Source: Yuukianura sp. NJ FZ-2021
Taxonomy: Eukaryota
Direction of reading: 5' to 3'
Assembly: GCA_046563655.1 (NCBI GenBank)
Contig: CM102285.1
Span: forward strand, 3,286,001-3,350,000
DNA: 64,000 bases
In this document: positions 28,401 through 41,148 of the stretch, piece after piece
How the letters are laid out: each line of letters opens with the position of its first letter
Numbering within the stretch: position 1 is the stretch's first letter
Position numbers and translations under genes: made by a program
The notes under the pieces: generated by a model
What the model saw: only the letters and a program-made list of their open reading frames with translations
Database searches by the model: none
Told to the model about the DNA's origin: nothing

Positions 28401-31400
28401 TATTGACATACGACGGAAGTTGCGAAAGTTTCAATTTCAAAATTGAAATTTTAAGCTTTTTGAAAATTGAGATGTCGAGTAAAAAACGGATTGAATTTCC
28501 CAAAGTGTTTCCATTGTTTGCGATTTACTGTTCGCAATTGACAATTGGTGAACGAGTGCATGGGAGCAGAATAATGGAAGTGACGTTGTCGTGGTTGGAA
28601 ACTGAATTGAAAGGGCCCTTCAATGGACAACATCCATTGTTCTCTCCCTCCAGATCTCCCGAGCCCTTAGAGACGCCAGGAGCCCTTGGGAGGGGACCCT
28701 TGAACAGCAATGGGAGTCCACAGAATTAAATCTCTGAATAAATAGGCTTTGAGTCCAAACAAGAGCCAAGAGAATGGAACTGGGAGCCCCCCGGTGTCGC
28801 CTTGGTTTTGTTGAGGAGACATAGACTACGGCAGGGGACATGGACTATGGTAGGGGAGGGTGACAAAGCCTAACGGCGTCTACTCCGAGATCCAGAAGGG
28901 GGACGGACTAACAGATTCGAATAGACTCAAAAAACTGTTGTCACGCACGTCGCCTTCGGAAAAGAGGTTGTCCCCAACCAGCAGAAACTCAGTCCTCCCC
29001 CTTTGCTTTGTGACAAAAAGACGAAGTTTGGCGACGGAGGACACGAAAAAGGAGGAGGACGGTTCTGGAAGGATCCAATTGTCATGTGCCAACAACTACA
29101 AAAGCTACAAGCATTTTCATATGTCACAGCGCCAGAATGTTCCGCCCACGACTAACAACGCAAAGAGTTTGTCAACGGCGGGCTCACTTTTCCTGAACTT
29201 TCCAAAAAAAAGAAAAACTTTCTTCTTACCAAAATTTGTTTTTTTTTTAAAAAGATTTCTTTAAATGGACAAATTGTTTGCATTTTATTATTTTGGCGGC
29301 AAATCTTTTAACTGTTATGGTTTTGTCCACTGCGTTTTTTGCCACTGCTTTCTGCTTACGCAGTCCGAGGATCATAGTTCAAAAACACATTTTGGCTCCA
29401 GCTTTTTGAAAATTGTTTCGGCGACCGGAATGCCTTACAATTGAACCGTTTCAGTCAATTTATGAAAATACATGCCATAATTTTCCGTTTTCAAATTTAT
29501 GTACACCGGATATTTGCAATTCTGAGCATGTTTTTCTCAAATTTTTGGTGGGCAACGTTACTTTTTTGAAAAGTGAGATGGAAAATGTCTGTTTGGAAGA
29601 TGGATCGAAGAAATTTATTCTAGAAGGTTGACACGCCCATTATGGAGGTCCTTAGATATAACCTTAGGTTTTGGTCCCTATTTTTGCGCATCTAGGATCG
29701 CATAGGGAGGATTTGCAGAGACGTTGCTCGTACTGTCCATAAGTGCTGTCTACCCTATCGATCCGCACTTCTTTTGCAAAACCAGAAAATGGCTGCTGCT
29801 GCGCTTCAAAGAACTTCCAAAGTTGAACCTTGTCCGTGCAGAATCCAAACTGTGTTTCTGGAAACCATCCAAACCTAACCATGCAATAGCAGCAAAAACT
29901 GAAACACTGAAACTAAACTGTACGCAGTTTTTGGTCCTATCCCTGGGAAATCGGCTGTTCTTGTTCAAAATGCTCTGTTCAAACGCCCTGTTCAAACGGG
30001 ATCATACCTCCAATATCATCCCATTCAGTCCCGATTTCTCCCCTCTGTAGCAGGAATTAATGCTTCAAAAATTTTGAACAAAAGTTTAATAACTCAAAAG
30101 CTCAGAATATGGTTATTATTCTGGGGTTTCCATTTGAACATCCATTTGAACAAGATCATCTTTTTCTAAAAAGCAGCAGCCACTGCTTATACGGCTGCTA
30201 CTTGTTTATTATTATTGCTTTTTAGAAACAGGGACAGCGGATCAAGGGTCTCCAGTCTATTGAAACTTTTTTAATTTTTACATCCTCTATTTACTTTTTC
30301 CTAAAAGGAAATCTAGAACACGCATTTTTCAAATACAAATTCGACAAAAATTTTCCCACATGATGACGCTTTAGTGAGAGCTTTGTTTGAGATTAAAAAC
30401 TCTTAGCGTTAAGTTTTATATTTTCGAATTCTTGAAATTTTAAATTTGTAGAATTTTACCATTTGGTTCCTAAATTTTTCATTCTGTTTTAGTTCTATTT
30501 TGAAAAAAATGAAAACAACTTTTTAGAAATTACACTCGAAAGTCATTGCCATTTGTCAGTAATCACGTCCATCTTCTGTCAAGTCACGTTGAGAGAACTT
30601 GAACTCAGAAAAAACAAATACTACTACAGCAAAAAAGGTGGATTGGATGTCTCTCCTTATGCGGTTTGCCAAAAAGACATTTTGTTCCAAATTGTGTTTC
30701 GATCTTCTTCAGTTTCAGTTTTACGGTGGTATAGCATGATGACAACAACAAAAAACGAAATCAGAAACAAAAAATAAAATGAGACTTACAAAAAAAGTTC
30801 AAAATTGACATCGAGGTCAAATGAACCAAAAAAAAAGATGAGGGGTGTTGGAGATGCACAGTGCTTGATGCAGGGATGACTTTTGAAAAACAATAGCATG
30901 TTTGTACCCAATCAAAGTTTCTTTTCATGGCACGATCTTGTTGAATCAATACAACATGCCGTATACCACCATACAGCCGAATCATCCCCAATTGACAGTC
31001 AATGACGAGCAGGATTTAGATGTGATGGTGTTTTTAGTTTGTGTTGAACTACATCAACATGTCAAACCCACACGACATACAATCATAATAGATACAACAT
31101 ACTTTGTGCAACATCAAGTATGTGACTTAAAATATGAAGTTTCGGGTAGGTGACATACAACGTAGTGCATGTAACTTACAGTATGCGACACACAACGTAC
31201 ACGGTGAAACGCACAGTATGTGACTCGCAACAAGCTGAATCATGCGTTTTATATGTGACATGCGGCATTCTGAGCATATGTGGTCACTTTACGTATATGA
31301 TATGTCAGTGTCAACCATTAAAGTGCATTGTCCATTGTTTTGTTGCTTTTTTTTTTGCCGCCAGACATATCAAAGAGTTCATTACTTTGTTGTTGTACCT

Positions 31401-34400
31401 GCATATCTCCCCCAAGCGTAACAAATTCGTAACAATGAACGTGTTGTTACTAATTGAAACTAAAACCCGCTTTTTTGGTACACTTTTTGTGCAATAAAAA
31501 TTTGAAACTTGAGCTTCTAGATTGAAATATGGTGTGGATTTGATAAGGTTAGGTTATGCAGAGAGAAACAAAAACAAGTCATATAAAATATTTAATAGAG
31601 TCAGAAGTGGTAAAATACGAAGTTGTTGAAGTGATCGTTGTTTATGTAATTGAGCATAAATTGTGAACAATTTCAACCAACAAGTTTTGGAATAAGTTGA
31701 AATTTGAAAATGAAATTTTCTTGTTCTAAGCAACAAAGCTTTGCGTTTTCACGTTGTGATATGAGTGACGATGACATGGTGACATTAAGTACGGCATGAA
31801 AGCGATAGTTATGTGAATTCCGTTTTTATGACATGCGCGGTCAGTTGGAAGTATAATGATTTCCAAGTTGAGGTGAACAAACGACTTTTTCTTTTCAAAA
31901 CTTCATCATCATTTTCAACTTCATACTTCGTAAAAACTTCAATTCTGGTACAAGAGCGTCGTCCTTTTCTTGTGTAGTGGCGGTTAAACTATGAAGTTTT
32001 GGTAAAACCACGGAAATTCTTGGTTTTTGTGCAAAGGCCGAAGGATCAGGATTTTTTTTTTTGTAAAGACTGTAGAAAAAGTTCATAATTTCCATTGACA
32101 TGATGATAATGACATGGACACGACACGACAGCTTTCCCAACAACCTAATGGACATGCGTAGTTGCCAAGAACTTTTTCCTGTATCATTTCAAGCATTAAG
32201 CGTCGTTTACTTGAATTGTCATTGCTGTTGTTGTTGACCTCTTCCAAGTAATGAAGACAACGATCCATTTTTCATTTGTTTTTCGGAACGCCTCCGTATG
32301 TGATTTATTATTTAGACTTTTTTTGTTCAAACTAGTTAAAGCTGTAATTGTCTAAAAGAACAGCCAGAAAATAACTATATCGTGGTTTCTACCTAAATTT
32401 ATGGTGACAACGCTAACAGTTCCTTTATTTCTGACAAAATAACCAATTTTTTAGAACGCATGTCTTTGTAAGCAACATAAGTAAAATCATATTTTCAATC
32501 TCAGTTTTTGAAAAATAATTTTATTTTCAATTTCAGTTTTTGAAAAACTTCTGCGGGATGAGACGCTGTCAATTTTTGACGTTTGTAGCCTGGCTCTCTA
32601 TGGAACACACGCTCTGCCCATCCGTCTCAAGATTGTCATTGTAAGTTGCCTTCTCACATTCTCATACAAACCAAAAAATTTTGAATCCGCGATTTTTCGT
32701 TTTAGAAGTCTTCTTGAATTTAACAAATTCCTAAAATTCCTCACTCTTTCTTATTTGTCCACCACTTGCCTACTGTAATTTGTGTGAATTTTTGCTATCA
32801 ATTTTTCTGATTTTTGAACCAAACTGTTCAAAAGAGCTTGCTTGACGCAGACATTAGGAAAACGTTATTTTTTGAATCAATCTCTTGAAACGATCTTTCT
32901 TCTACATTTAAATTGTCAATTAGCATCTTCAGACACTTTGTTTCCACATCTCTTAAGCTGGTTTGGAGTGGACCAAAAGGTGTTTGGAATCCTGTCATCT
33001 CGTCTTGGAAACACAAAAGAACGGAGGGAGGTGTGAAGGGAGAGGGATAGCACCGCAGGGATTAGCGAAGTCCATAAGATAAATCAACCTGTGCATATTT
33101 TAAAGTACAACTTTTTGAGTTGGACAACATTCGAAGAGATTTCATCTTCAGATGCAACTAATTCATTGACTTTGGCACTCTCTGCACAGACGCACAAAAC
33201 CACTTCTCAATTGATTGTCAAAGATGGAAATTCAGAGGAGGGTGGGTGGGACCCAATCTCGAGCAATTGTCAAACAAGTACAAAATATCATTCATCATCG
33301 TTTTTTTCTGTTCGTATATAAATTCAAAAAAGATTCCAAAGAACCACGCCCTTACAACCCATGTCTCTAAGTTGAGATGAGTTCAACCTCATCAATACTA
33401 AAAACTTACGGTCAGAACCAAAAAGTTCAGCAGTGGGACGAGGAAGCTGTCGCGCATGCGCAGATTCAAAGCACAGACAGGCATGACCAGAAAGAAATGG
33501 ACGGACGACTGTTAACCGCTGCACTTACGGACGAAATTGCAGTTCTAGCTCAAGATTTGGTAGCGGTCCGTAGCATTCCGTCCATCAGGGCTCGTCCATA
33601 AACTTGCGTCCGTGTGTATCCGTCCAAGTTCGTTCGGAAATCGCCGAGACAGTCTCCGGGTCGTTGGTTTTCGAACGAGGACATACCTTGAACGCCGATT
33701 CTCAATCGGGTTTTTGCTGTTTTTGTAATTAATTATTGGGAGTGTCAAAAGGAGAGTAATGGCCATTTTTCATAGTGTTGCTCCGTCCTCCTTTTTCCGC
33801 GGTTTGAATACAAATTTCAAACTGGTTCGTATTACGCACCTAATAAACACTTATATTTCAAATGAAATAGGAGCCTAAAACTATAAAGCTAAGGACTGTA
33901 ATTTGAAATTTTTTAACAAAAAGAAATTATGAAGTCAAAAATTGTTTTCAAATTACCAAAATTTGCTGTCTTTAAAATTCTAATACTAAACATGCGTGGG
34001 AACAGCATCGGCCACACAACTCGAGTGCTTTGACTTATACCCATAGATTTGACATTGTTTAAATTTTAGCTTAGTTTTCCCAGTCTTCGATGTTACAACC
34101 AAGTATCAGAAAAACTAGGTTGAATTTGAATACAGTAAAGAGTAATGTTAGAAGTACTACAGGAAATATAATCTTACAGCATGGACTCGTTTAAATAGTT
34201 GTGTTGCGCATGACCTTTGGAGTCGGAGGTCAAATTTTATGTTAATTGAATACTTATTATGACTCCTCACACAAAACACCTTTAGTCCCCCGACCCAATG
34301 AATTATGACAGTAGAAATGAGAAGGGAAGGTGAGAAAATATCGTTAAAAAGCCTTCCTTTCTTCCTCGCCTTCCTTTAAATTACAATTTACAATTGTACA

Positions 34401-37400
34401 AATTGCATTTATTTCCCACTGACGACCAGTTTAAAGTGTTATTGACCAAGGTCAAGGTCAAAGACGTTGAGATAATGACCATAAAAATATGTTTCAACTC
34501 TTGACACCATGTGAACTAAGCGACTAATGCTTTATTGTGTATTTTCTAGAAGTTCCCATTCATCAATTAACATAATATTCTAGCGTAACTAATCTAAAAA
34601 ATCTTAACTCATTGACGTAATTACTACATATTTCCAGCTGAATCTGGGAATTCCAAGCGCAAATTTTTGCAATTGAAATTTCTTACAATTAGTTTTAGAC
34701 ATTAAGTTCTAAATTATCTTTTTTCTTAAAAGTGTAATTTTTAACGCGAAAATAAATTAATAAAAGCGAAATAATCTTAGGTTATTGCTTACGCCGCTCT
34801 TTCAACATCTTTTTTAGTTTTTTTTTCAAACTTCCCTTCACTTTTTTCGTTTTTAGGCTTTAGCACATACCACGTAAGGTATACCACTGAAGTATTCTGC
34901 GTCTTGGGAATTTGTTCAAGTGCGGCTGACCTATGACCTTTACCATAAACTCACAAGCTCCACTTTTTGTTGTCTAAACTTTTTTGTGTTTTATTTTCTT
35001 TTTCCACAGGAGCGACTCCTAAGTACTCTTCAGAATGAGGAGATTGACAAGATTCTACGAAGTTTCGGATGGACTTCGCCCGACTTGGCACGCGGATACA
35101 TGATCCAAGTAAGTTCTTAATTGTCTACTTTAGTCCTAACGATACACAATTCCACCTAACTTAGCAGCAAACTTATCAAACTTTACTCTACCTTTATCAA
35201 ACTTACCAAATATACTTACCAGACCAAAACTTTTGCCTAACCTAATTATATACTGCTACATATTTACATTTTTCGTCTTTCAGGTTTTAATTCGCCTCAA
35301 AATTGTTAAATTCCGATTAGCTTTAGTTTCATGTCAGAATTCTCCGCGTTTAGGTTAGTTTTTTTTTTTGGTTTGGTTAGGTATGCTTGTCGTTTCAGCG
35401 ATTTTTGTTGGAATGAGGTTAGAAGGAACTTGGAGTTGAAGAGTTCCCTGGTCGACGCGATAAAGAAAGTTTGAGTTAAGTTAGGCTAGGGCTGGAAGTT
35501 CCAGCACTCCGAACTGCCTGTCATCTTCTTCCTGACCGCTGACGATCCCATCAGCCCCAGCGAAAACTAAAGTTCTGGATGTTTTCCTTGAGGGAATTCC
35601 CTCGTCCCAGCGGACTTTAAGACACAAGAAACGGTTTTCGTGCAAGGGCAAGGGAATTGTGGTGTTGATGCTTCAGGACGCTCCCTTTTCGTCCTGGATC
35701 GATCGGCCACTTTCTTCTACACGCACAGCAGCCTCTTTTTCATTCTTATCCCACGGCCTGTCTTGTCCAACTTAGAGACAAAGTATCCCTCCAGGAAGAT
35801 CAGCCCAGGAACGGGATTCCGAGAAAGTAATATGCGAAGCAGGAACTCAACATAAGCAACATAACGCCTTTCTGAATTTTAAGTTTTGAAAAAAATCATT
35901 CTTGGCATCATCAATATTTTACCGCGGAGGAACCGTTAGCGTTCAAAACCATTCAAAACGGAGAACGATTTTTTTGAAACTTCAAATTTTTTTTGAAGTG
36001 CATGGTAGGGCGTTGTTCGACTTTTGTTGTGGGACATTGGCTTGGACACGGTGGACAATGGCCACCGCAGCGGCAGTTTTTGAATTTAAATTAGAGCAGT
36101 ACAAGCCATTGTCAAAATTTGTCACGACAAGCACGACTATCTTTTGTAAATTTTCTGTTAGGAAGAGACAGGCATTCTTGTTGCCTCAAAATAGCAGTTA
36201 GAATCAATCACTTTTGAGTAACTACGGACTGACATAAAAACACAAAGTGAAAAAATATAAAGTGAAAACAGCTTGTAAAAAAATTGACGTTGCTCATAAA
36301 ACATGAATTTTAACATTTTGAGTTGTTGAGACTTCCATGTTGAAAAATAAAAATGTGATCAAAATTTCATGTTTAATTTTTTTTTGTGATTCAAAATCTC
36401 CGTCACAATAAACATGACGAAGCACAGTTGGGGTTATACGGATTGATTCAAAATCGAAATCAGGATCACATTTACAGATGAACATGAAATTTTATAGACA
36501 TCGTATTGAAAAGCCGCGGGGCGGTTTTGTTTAAAAAATTTTTTCGAAGATCATCATCGATCCTGTGCCCAACTGCTTCCTTCTGGCACTTTTTGTTTAC
36601 ATGGTCGTACATTTTTAATTCTTTTGGGGTAATTATTGGCTTGAATGGCTGGTCGATGATGTATGTTGAGAGTTATGAGAAATAATGTATGTTGAAGGTT
36701 ATTAAAAGTTATGTTACAATGTAAGTTGCATTTGATGCATATGTTTTGTTTAGAACGGCAGAAGGGATGTTGCAGTGCTGGGAACGCGGGAGTTTCCAGT
36801 TTTTATTAATATTTATATTTACATTTCGATTTTTTAGGATCCTCGCGGCGGTCTTTTAGGACGGTGGTCAATGCTTCCGCGGGAAGAAGAAATTTTGATA
36901 CTGCAGCAGTTCCTAAGGTTCAATCCCACACGAAGTTTGAGTTTCACGCTTCTTCGAGACGACTTTCCGTCAATCCCGCAACCAATTCAACCCGCACCGC
37001 AGCATCAGGTCACTACAAGTCCACCATCAAGTCAACCCAATGATCAACGCTTCAACAACAAACCATTACCACCAATTCCACCGCCCCCTGGTAAGTTTTT
37101 CTAAACCAATTTTACCGAAATGACAATTCTACGACTCTTCTGCACAGAAAAGCTTCTCAAGCCAAACCTAATTTTTTTGACGCCTTAGGCTTCTTAAAAA
37201 TAATAATTACTCAAATGTTCAAAATTATTGAAGTAAATTTTGAAACTTGGCATCAATTTCTGCAGAACTTCGAGAGATGTAAAAAAAATTGAATGAATAC
37301 CTGTAATGTTAATTCACCTGAATTGATTAATTTGATTGTATGACAGATGAGCCGGCTCTGAATCTGTCCTCGGGTCATCAAAACCAGAAAAAGAGGCGGG

Positions 37401-39834
37401 GTCACAGGAAAGATGTTGAAATGAAAAATGAGCAGTCATCGTCTGAGGACGACGAGGACGGAGACACCATCCATCAGCCGCCCGTTGACCTCAGCTCCAA
37501 ACGCAGCTCCAAGTCAGATGACCCACCCCCACCCACCACCATGGCTCCCGCTGCTCCACCACCCAATCATAAGACTGACATGGTCAAGGGGGACGGTGGG
37601 CCAGGAGGACTTGGGACGCAGCATCACCGACATCACTGGAGCAACCACCACGGCGCAGGAGCCACGCAGCTTGTGAACCCCACGACAGGTACTGCCGCGG
37701 CCACTCTACTCCGCCGCTCCGTCTCAGCAATGACTCATCCCACAGAGTGCCCAAAAGCTGTACTCCCAGTGACGTCATGCATTGTTTTAGGTAAACGCCG
37801 AGTCCAGTGTTCCGTCTGTCTCAAGACGTTCTGTGACAAGGGAGCACTCAAAATCCACTTTAGCGCTGTTCATCTGCGGGAGATGCACAAATGCACCGTG
37901 GCGGGATGCAACATGATGTTTAGTTCACGGCGGTCAAGAAATAGACATTCCGCTAATCCAAATCCGAAGCTCCACTCACCTCATCTGCGCCGACGCATAA
38001 GTCCACATGATGGCCGAACGTGTCAACCTCTGTTGACGCTTAACTCTCCGTTACTTGGAGCTCTTCCGCCCGGAATGCTTCCAACATTCACAAATGGGGT
38101 CAAAGAAGAGGATCCAGAAATGAAGTAAGTTTTAGCGGATCGATTCCACCCTCCCTTACTTTTTTTTGGGTTACTCGTCCAATTTTTGTTCGTTTTCACC
38201 CTATTTCCTCCCCTCTTCGCCTGTCAAAACAAGGGTAACGCAAAACTTCGGATTCTGGAACAACCAAAAACAGATTTTTTTTTTTGTTGTAAACAAAACT
38301 CCCCTCCTTTTTTGACAAATTTGCAGTGTAATCAACTCAATTTTCTCGCAGAATGTTAGGTACAAGGTTCCAATAGCAACGAAATGGTTTTTTCCTTTAA
38401 CAGGTTTGGCAATAAGTCCTGTGTACGAAAAATCCTTCCCCGAACAATTTTTTCAGCCAATTTTCCCCCAATCCCATTTGATTACATATAAATCATTGAG
38501 ATAGGAAAGGTACGGTGAAGCAAGTTTTGCTAATTTTTTAACAAAATTTAAAAAGTTGTAGTTATTGCCTAACCTGTTGAAGACAAAACTATTTTCTTGT
38601 TTACGAACCTTGGTTAGGTAGTTGTTTCTAATTTTTTTTAAATAATTTTTTTTTGCAGTTTTTGCATGTAATATTTTTTCTAATCTCTACAGCAATCATG
38701 ACGACGATTCTGAAAGTTCGGTTTCGTTGTCTTCGACGTCAGAGAAGTCCGCTGGAGCACTTCCCGAAGAGAACCGAAAAGATGGCGCTCGGAAGCGCAA
38801 GTTGAGCAACCCCGTTCGGCTTCCGAGTGTCCGCGATGACTCAAATGACGACTTCTGTTGCTACGATGACGGAACCGAAGTCGGCGGAGTTGACAACGAC
38901 TCGCATGAAGACGATCGGAATCACTTGGAACGACTGGAGTCACTGCCGATTTTCAACACTTCGTCTCCGCAGTCAGATTCAGGCTCAAATGACGAAAGCT
39001 CTCCGAACTCTACCGACGGAGACTCTATTCCCATTGACAAAGAGAATCCAAGAAGATGTATTGCGTGTGGAAAGATGTTCCAGAACCACTTTGGAGTCAA
39101 AACTCACTACCAAAATGTCCACTTGAAGGTAAGCTATTGTACTCGTATTTCTCATGTTAGAAGTACAAACTGATTGAATTTAGTTGATGCACAAGTGTAC
39201 GGTGGATGGCTGTAATGCTGCGTTTCCGTCGAAGCGGTCACGAGATCGACACTCTGCTAACCTCAACTTACATCGGAAATTACTCAGCACAACTTCGGAT
39301 GTGAGCAACGAAAGCAGCGAGGACCCACCCCAACCCCAAATCAACCCCCGCCACCATTCAAACATTTTCAATCCATTTCTCGTCAATGGCACTTCACCCT
39401 CACCTCTCAATCATGTCACGGTAAGTGTACTTGTACCACCTTCTCTTCAGTTTCTGGTTTCTTAAACCAGCTTTTTATTTTGAAACCGAAATTATATTTT
39501 TCAAAAAATTTATGAAAAAACATTTTTGTTGCAATCTTAGAGTCCACCGTGGAATCCGTTTTTGCCGTTTCCCCTTTTCCCAGGCGTTTTTCACCAACCA
39601 CCGCCGCAGCATCCCGCTTCCGGAATGTCGCTTCACATGAGTGACTGTCGCTTTTGCGGCAAGAGCTTCGAAGCTGGTCCTGCCCTTCAGTCACACATGG
39701 AGTCAGTTCATGCTCAGGAAGCGATTCGCTGCAGACACTGCAGCGCCCTGTTCTTCTCACGCAAGAAACTGGACAACCACAACTGTGGAACCGGCGGAGA
39801 CCGTGGAACCAGTAGTAACACAAATGGTAACTAA
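7499..39834 (+). CDS. disco: Basonuclin/disconnected (disco)-family C2H2 zinc-finger transcription factor, 11 coding exons, ~791 aa
   Basis: Phase-consistent GT-AG exon chain: 7499-7628, 11651-11694, 23159-23261, 32537-32640, 35010-35108, 36838-37090, 37347-37688, 37791-38124, 38693-39128, 39184-39420, 39541-39834 (2376 nt = 792 codons). It contains the disco signature [66 protein letters not shown], a second pair [54 protein letters not shown], and the basonuclin N-terminal region. Exons 1-2 are the least certain. disco versus disco-r orthology is not resolved. Confidence 0.9.
15591..15713. repeat. Short imperfect direct duplication
   Basis: TTTGGAGGGAGTAACT(G/A)A..TATGTG.AATTT occurs twice about 79 bp apart. 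Confidence 0.7.
19049..19115 (-). other. tRNA-like (SINE head or tRNA pseudogene) sequence
   Basis: The minus strand has a B-box GGTTCGAGTCCC in a T-arm-like stem, and a degenerate A-box upstream. No good acceptor stem. Confidence 0.4.
23159..23261 (+). CDS. disco: disco/basonuclin exon 3: Cys/His-rich N-terminal motif
   Basis: ttacag|AAACTT...CACC|gtaagt translates [34 protein letters not shown], which resembles the vertebrate basonuclin ISCTLxNCxCxxFxPGKxxxRxCDQCKHGWVAH motif (recalled). Confidence 0.85.
26731..27344. mobile_element. MITE-like element with TGGACG-rich ends
   Basis: Perfect 13-bp inverted repeat TCATGGACGGATT (26731-26743) / AATCCGTCCATGA (27332-27344), with many internal TGGACG/CGTCCA motifs. 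Confidence 0.5.
26882..27093. mobile_element. Small MITE-like inverted-repeat element nested in the previous element
   Basis: AGGTTATGTCATAACTCCG (26882-26900) versus CGGAGTTTTGACATAACCT (27075-27093), 18/19 complementary. TAA lies close to both flanks. Confidence 0.5.
29959..30155. mobile_element. Degenerate MITE-like element with TGTTCAAA subterminal repeats
   Basis: Three TGTTCAAA units on the left and inverted TTTGAACA units on the right, with termini TCTTGTTCAAA / TTTGAACAAGA. Confidence 0.4.
31068..31310. repeat. Degenerate short-period repeat (TATGTGAC / GACATACAAC motifs)
   Basis: Repeated TATG(T/C)GAC and (G)ACAYACAAC motifs with apparent 7/14-bp periodicity. Confidence 0.45.
32537..32640 (+). 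CDS. disco: disco/basonuclin exon 4 (N-terminal conserved domain)
   Basis: tttcag|...|gtaagt; [34 protein letters not shown] resembles basonuclin FDISSLMLYGTQAxPVRLKILL. Confidence 0.88.
35010..35108 (+). CDS. disco: disco/basonuclin exon 5 (N-terminal conserved domain)
   Basis: ccacag|...|gtaagt; [33 protein letters not shown] resembles basonuclin DRLFSVLKQxEVLxILHxLxWTLxDYxRGYxLQ. Confidence 0.88.
37791..38124 (+). CDS. disco: disco exon 8: first zinc-finger pair
   Basis: Encodes [65 protein letters not shown]; flanked by ttttag and gtaagt. Confidence 0.95.
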
Positions 39835-41148
39835 AGCAAGAGAGACCATACAAGCAATAAGATACCTCACAAGAATTTCTACGCAAGGTCAAAGGTCAAC
39901 TCACAAATGGCCTATACTCAACACATGCTAAAGGCTTCACAGTACCCCCAAAATGTAGACCCCTAAGTATTATTAAATTACCACACCCTTGCTATCTGTT
40001 ACAACACTTTAGGTATTACCACTGTAGTTTCTAGAAATTGTTAATAACTTATGTCTAAAGTACTTACTAAAAGTGTTGGTTAAGTGACTATTAGAAGTGT
40101 TAAGTGTACGCTAGAAAAAATAATAAAAACAAGCGAAACAGGTCGATCTCGTTTTTCTTCAAAAAAAAAAAACAAAAACAAAAAAAAATTATTTCCTGCC
40201 TTTGTTTATTTTTTTTTCTCCATTTCCATCAATTCTTCTCATGGACGAAAATCAAAACGTTTTCATTTATTTTTTTAAACTTCGGAAATAAAAGTGAAAA
40301 AAGTTTTACGAAGAAATTTTTGTCAAGACCTGAGTTTTAAATGTCAAGGGAAGTAGTTGGTGAGATTTAGGGAATGATCTTACGCCAAAAGACTTCTAAC
40401 TACAGCCAAGAAATGTCGTACACTTCACACGTAATTTGGGTCAAGGGAATGTCAAATTTTAGCGCTACTCACGCAGAATGGAATTCTTTTAGCATCAGTT
40501 TTTAACCTTAGAAAACTTACAATTAGTTAATACATAGAACGTTCGTCCTATTCCTACAAAGACAAAATCTATTACCAACAGCTTTGAAGACAAAAGAGAA
40601 AGTTGCATCTTTTGGTCAGAAAGTTGTTGTTCGGAAAACGATTGAAATGATTTTCACTTTATACAGAAATAGTGTTGAAGTTACGCAAATTGCGTATCCT
40701 AGTACTGCAGAGTAACTGCTGGATAACAGTACCGAATATTTTTCATACTTATTAAGTAGTGATAATATAACCCACTTCGATGGTTTTGCAAAGTTATTTG
40801 AATTCCTGAACCTACGAAATTATTTTAATTAAAAAAACAACGTTTCACCTAAAATGAAGAAAACATTCCCGGAAATTGAAAAATCATTACGATAGGATTT
40901 AGATTTTAGTGTGTCAAATAAGGTTCCCTTAGTTTTGCTTTAACAGTTCCGCGAAATTTACTTGTATTTATTACTAAAATTATGCCACAGAATTAATTAT
41001 GTTCGTAAACTTAATTAATATTGCCCTAACTGTGATTTGTGACCACCCTACCGAGTTTAGTCTCCTGGATACTAAATTCGGTGTGGCGGGCGTCAACGGC
41101 CTAAGGCCTAAATGAAGCAGGCATAATATTGATTAAGATTTGTTAATT

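Noticed and set aside
28349-29264. 126-aa and 134-aa ORFs in disco intron 3
   Set aside because: They have non-ATG starts and no domains, and disco exons 3 and 4 join in frame without them.
37340-38128. 262-aa ORF as a stand-alone gene
   Set aside because: It is two exons plus an in-frame intron of the larger disco gene, and its ATG lies in the upstream intron's acceptor region.
38680-39892. Antisense ORFs over disco exons 9-11
   Set aside because: These are shadow ORFs of GC-rich coding sequence with no recognisable features.
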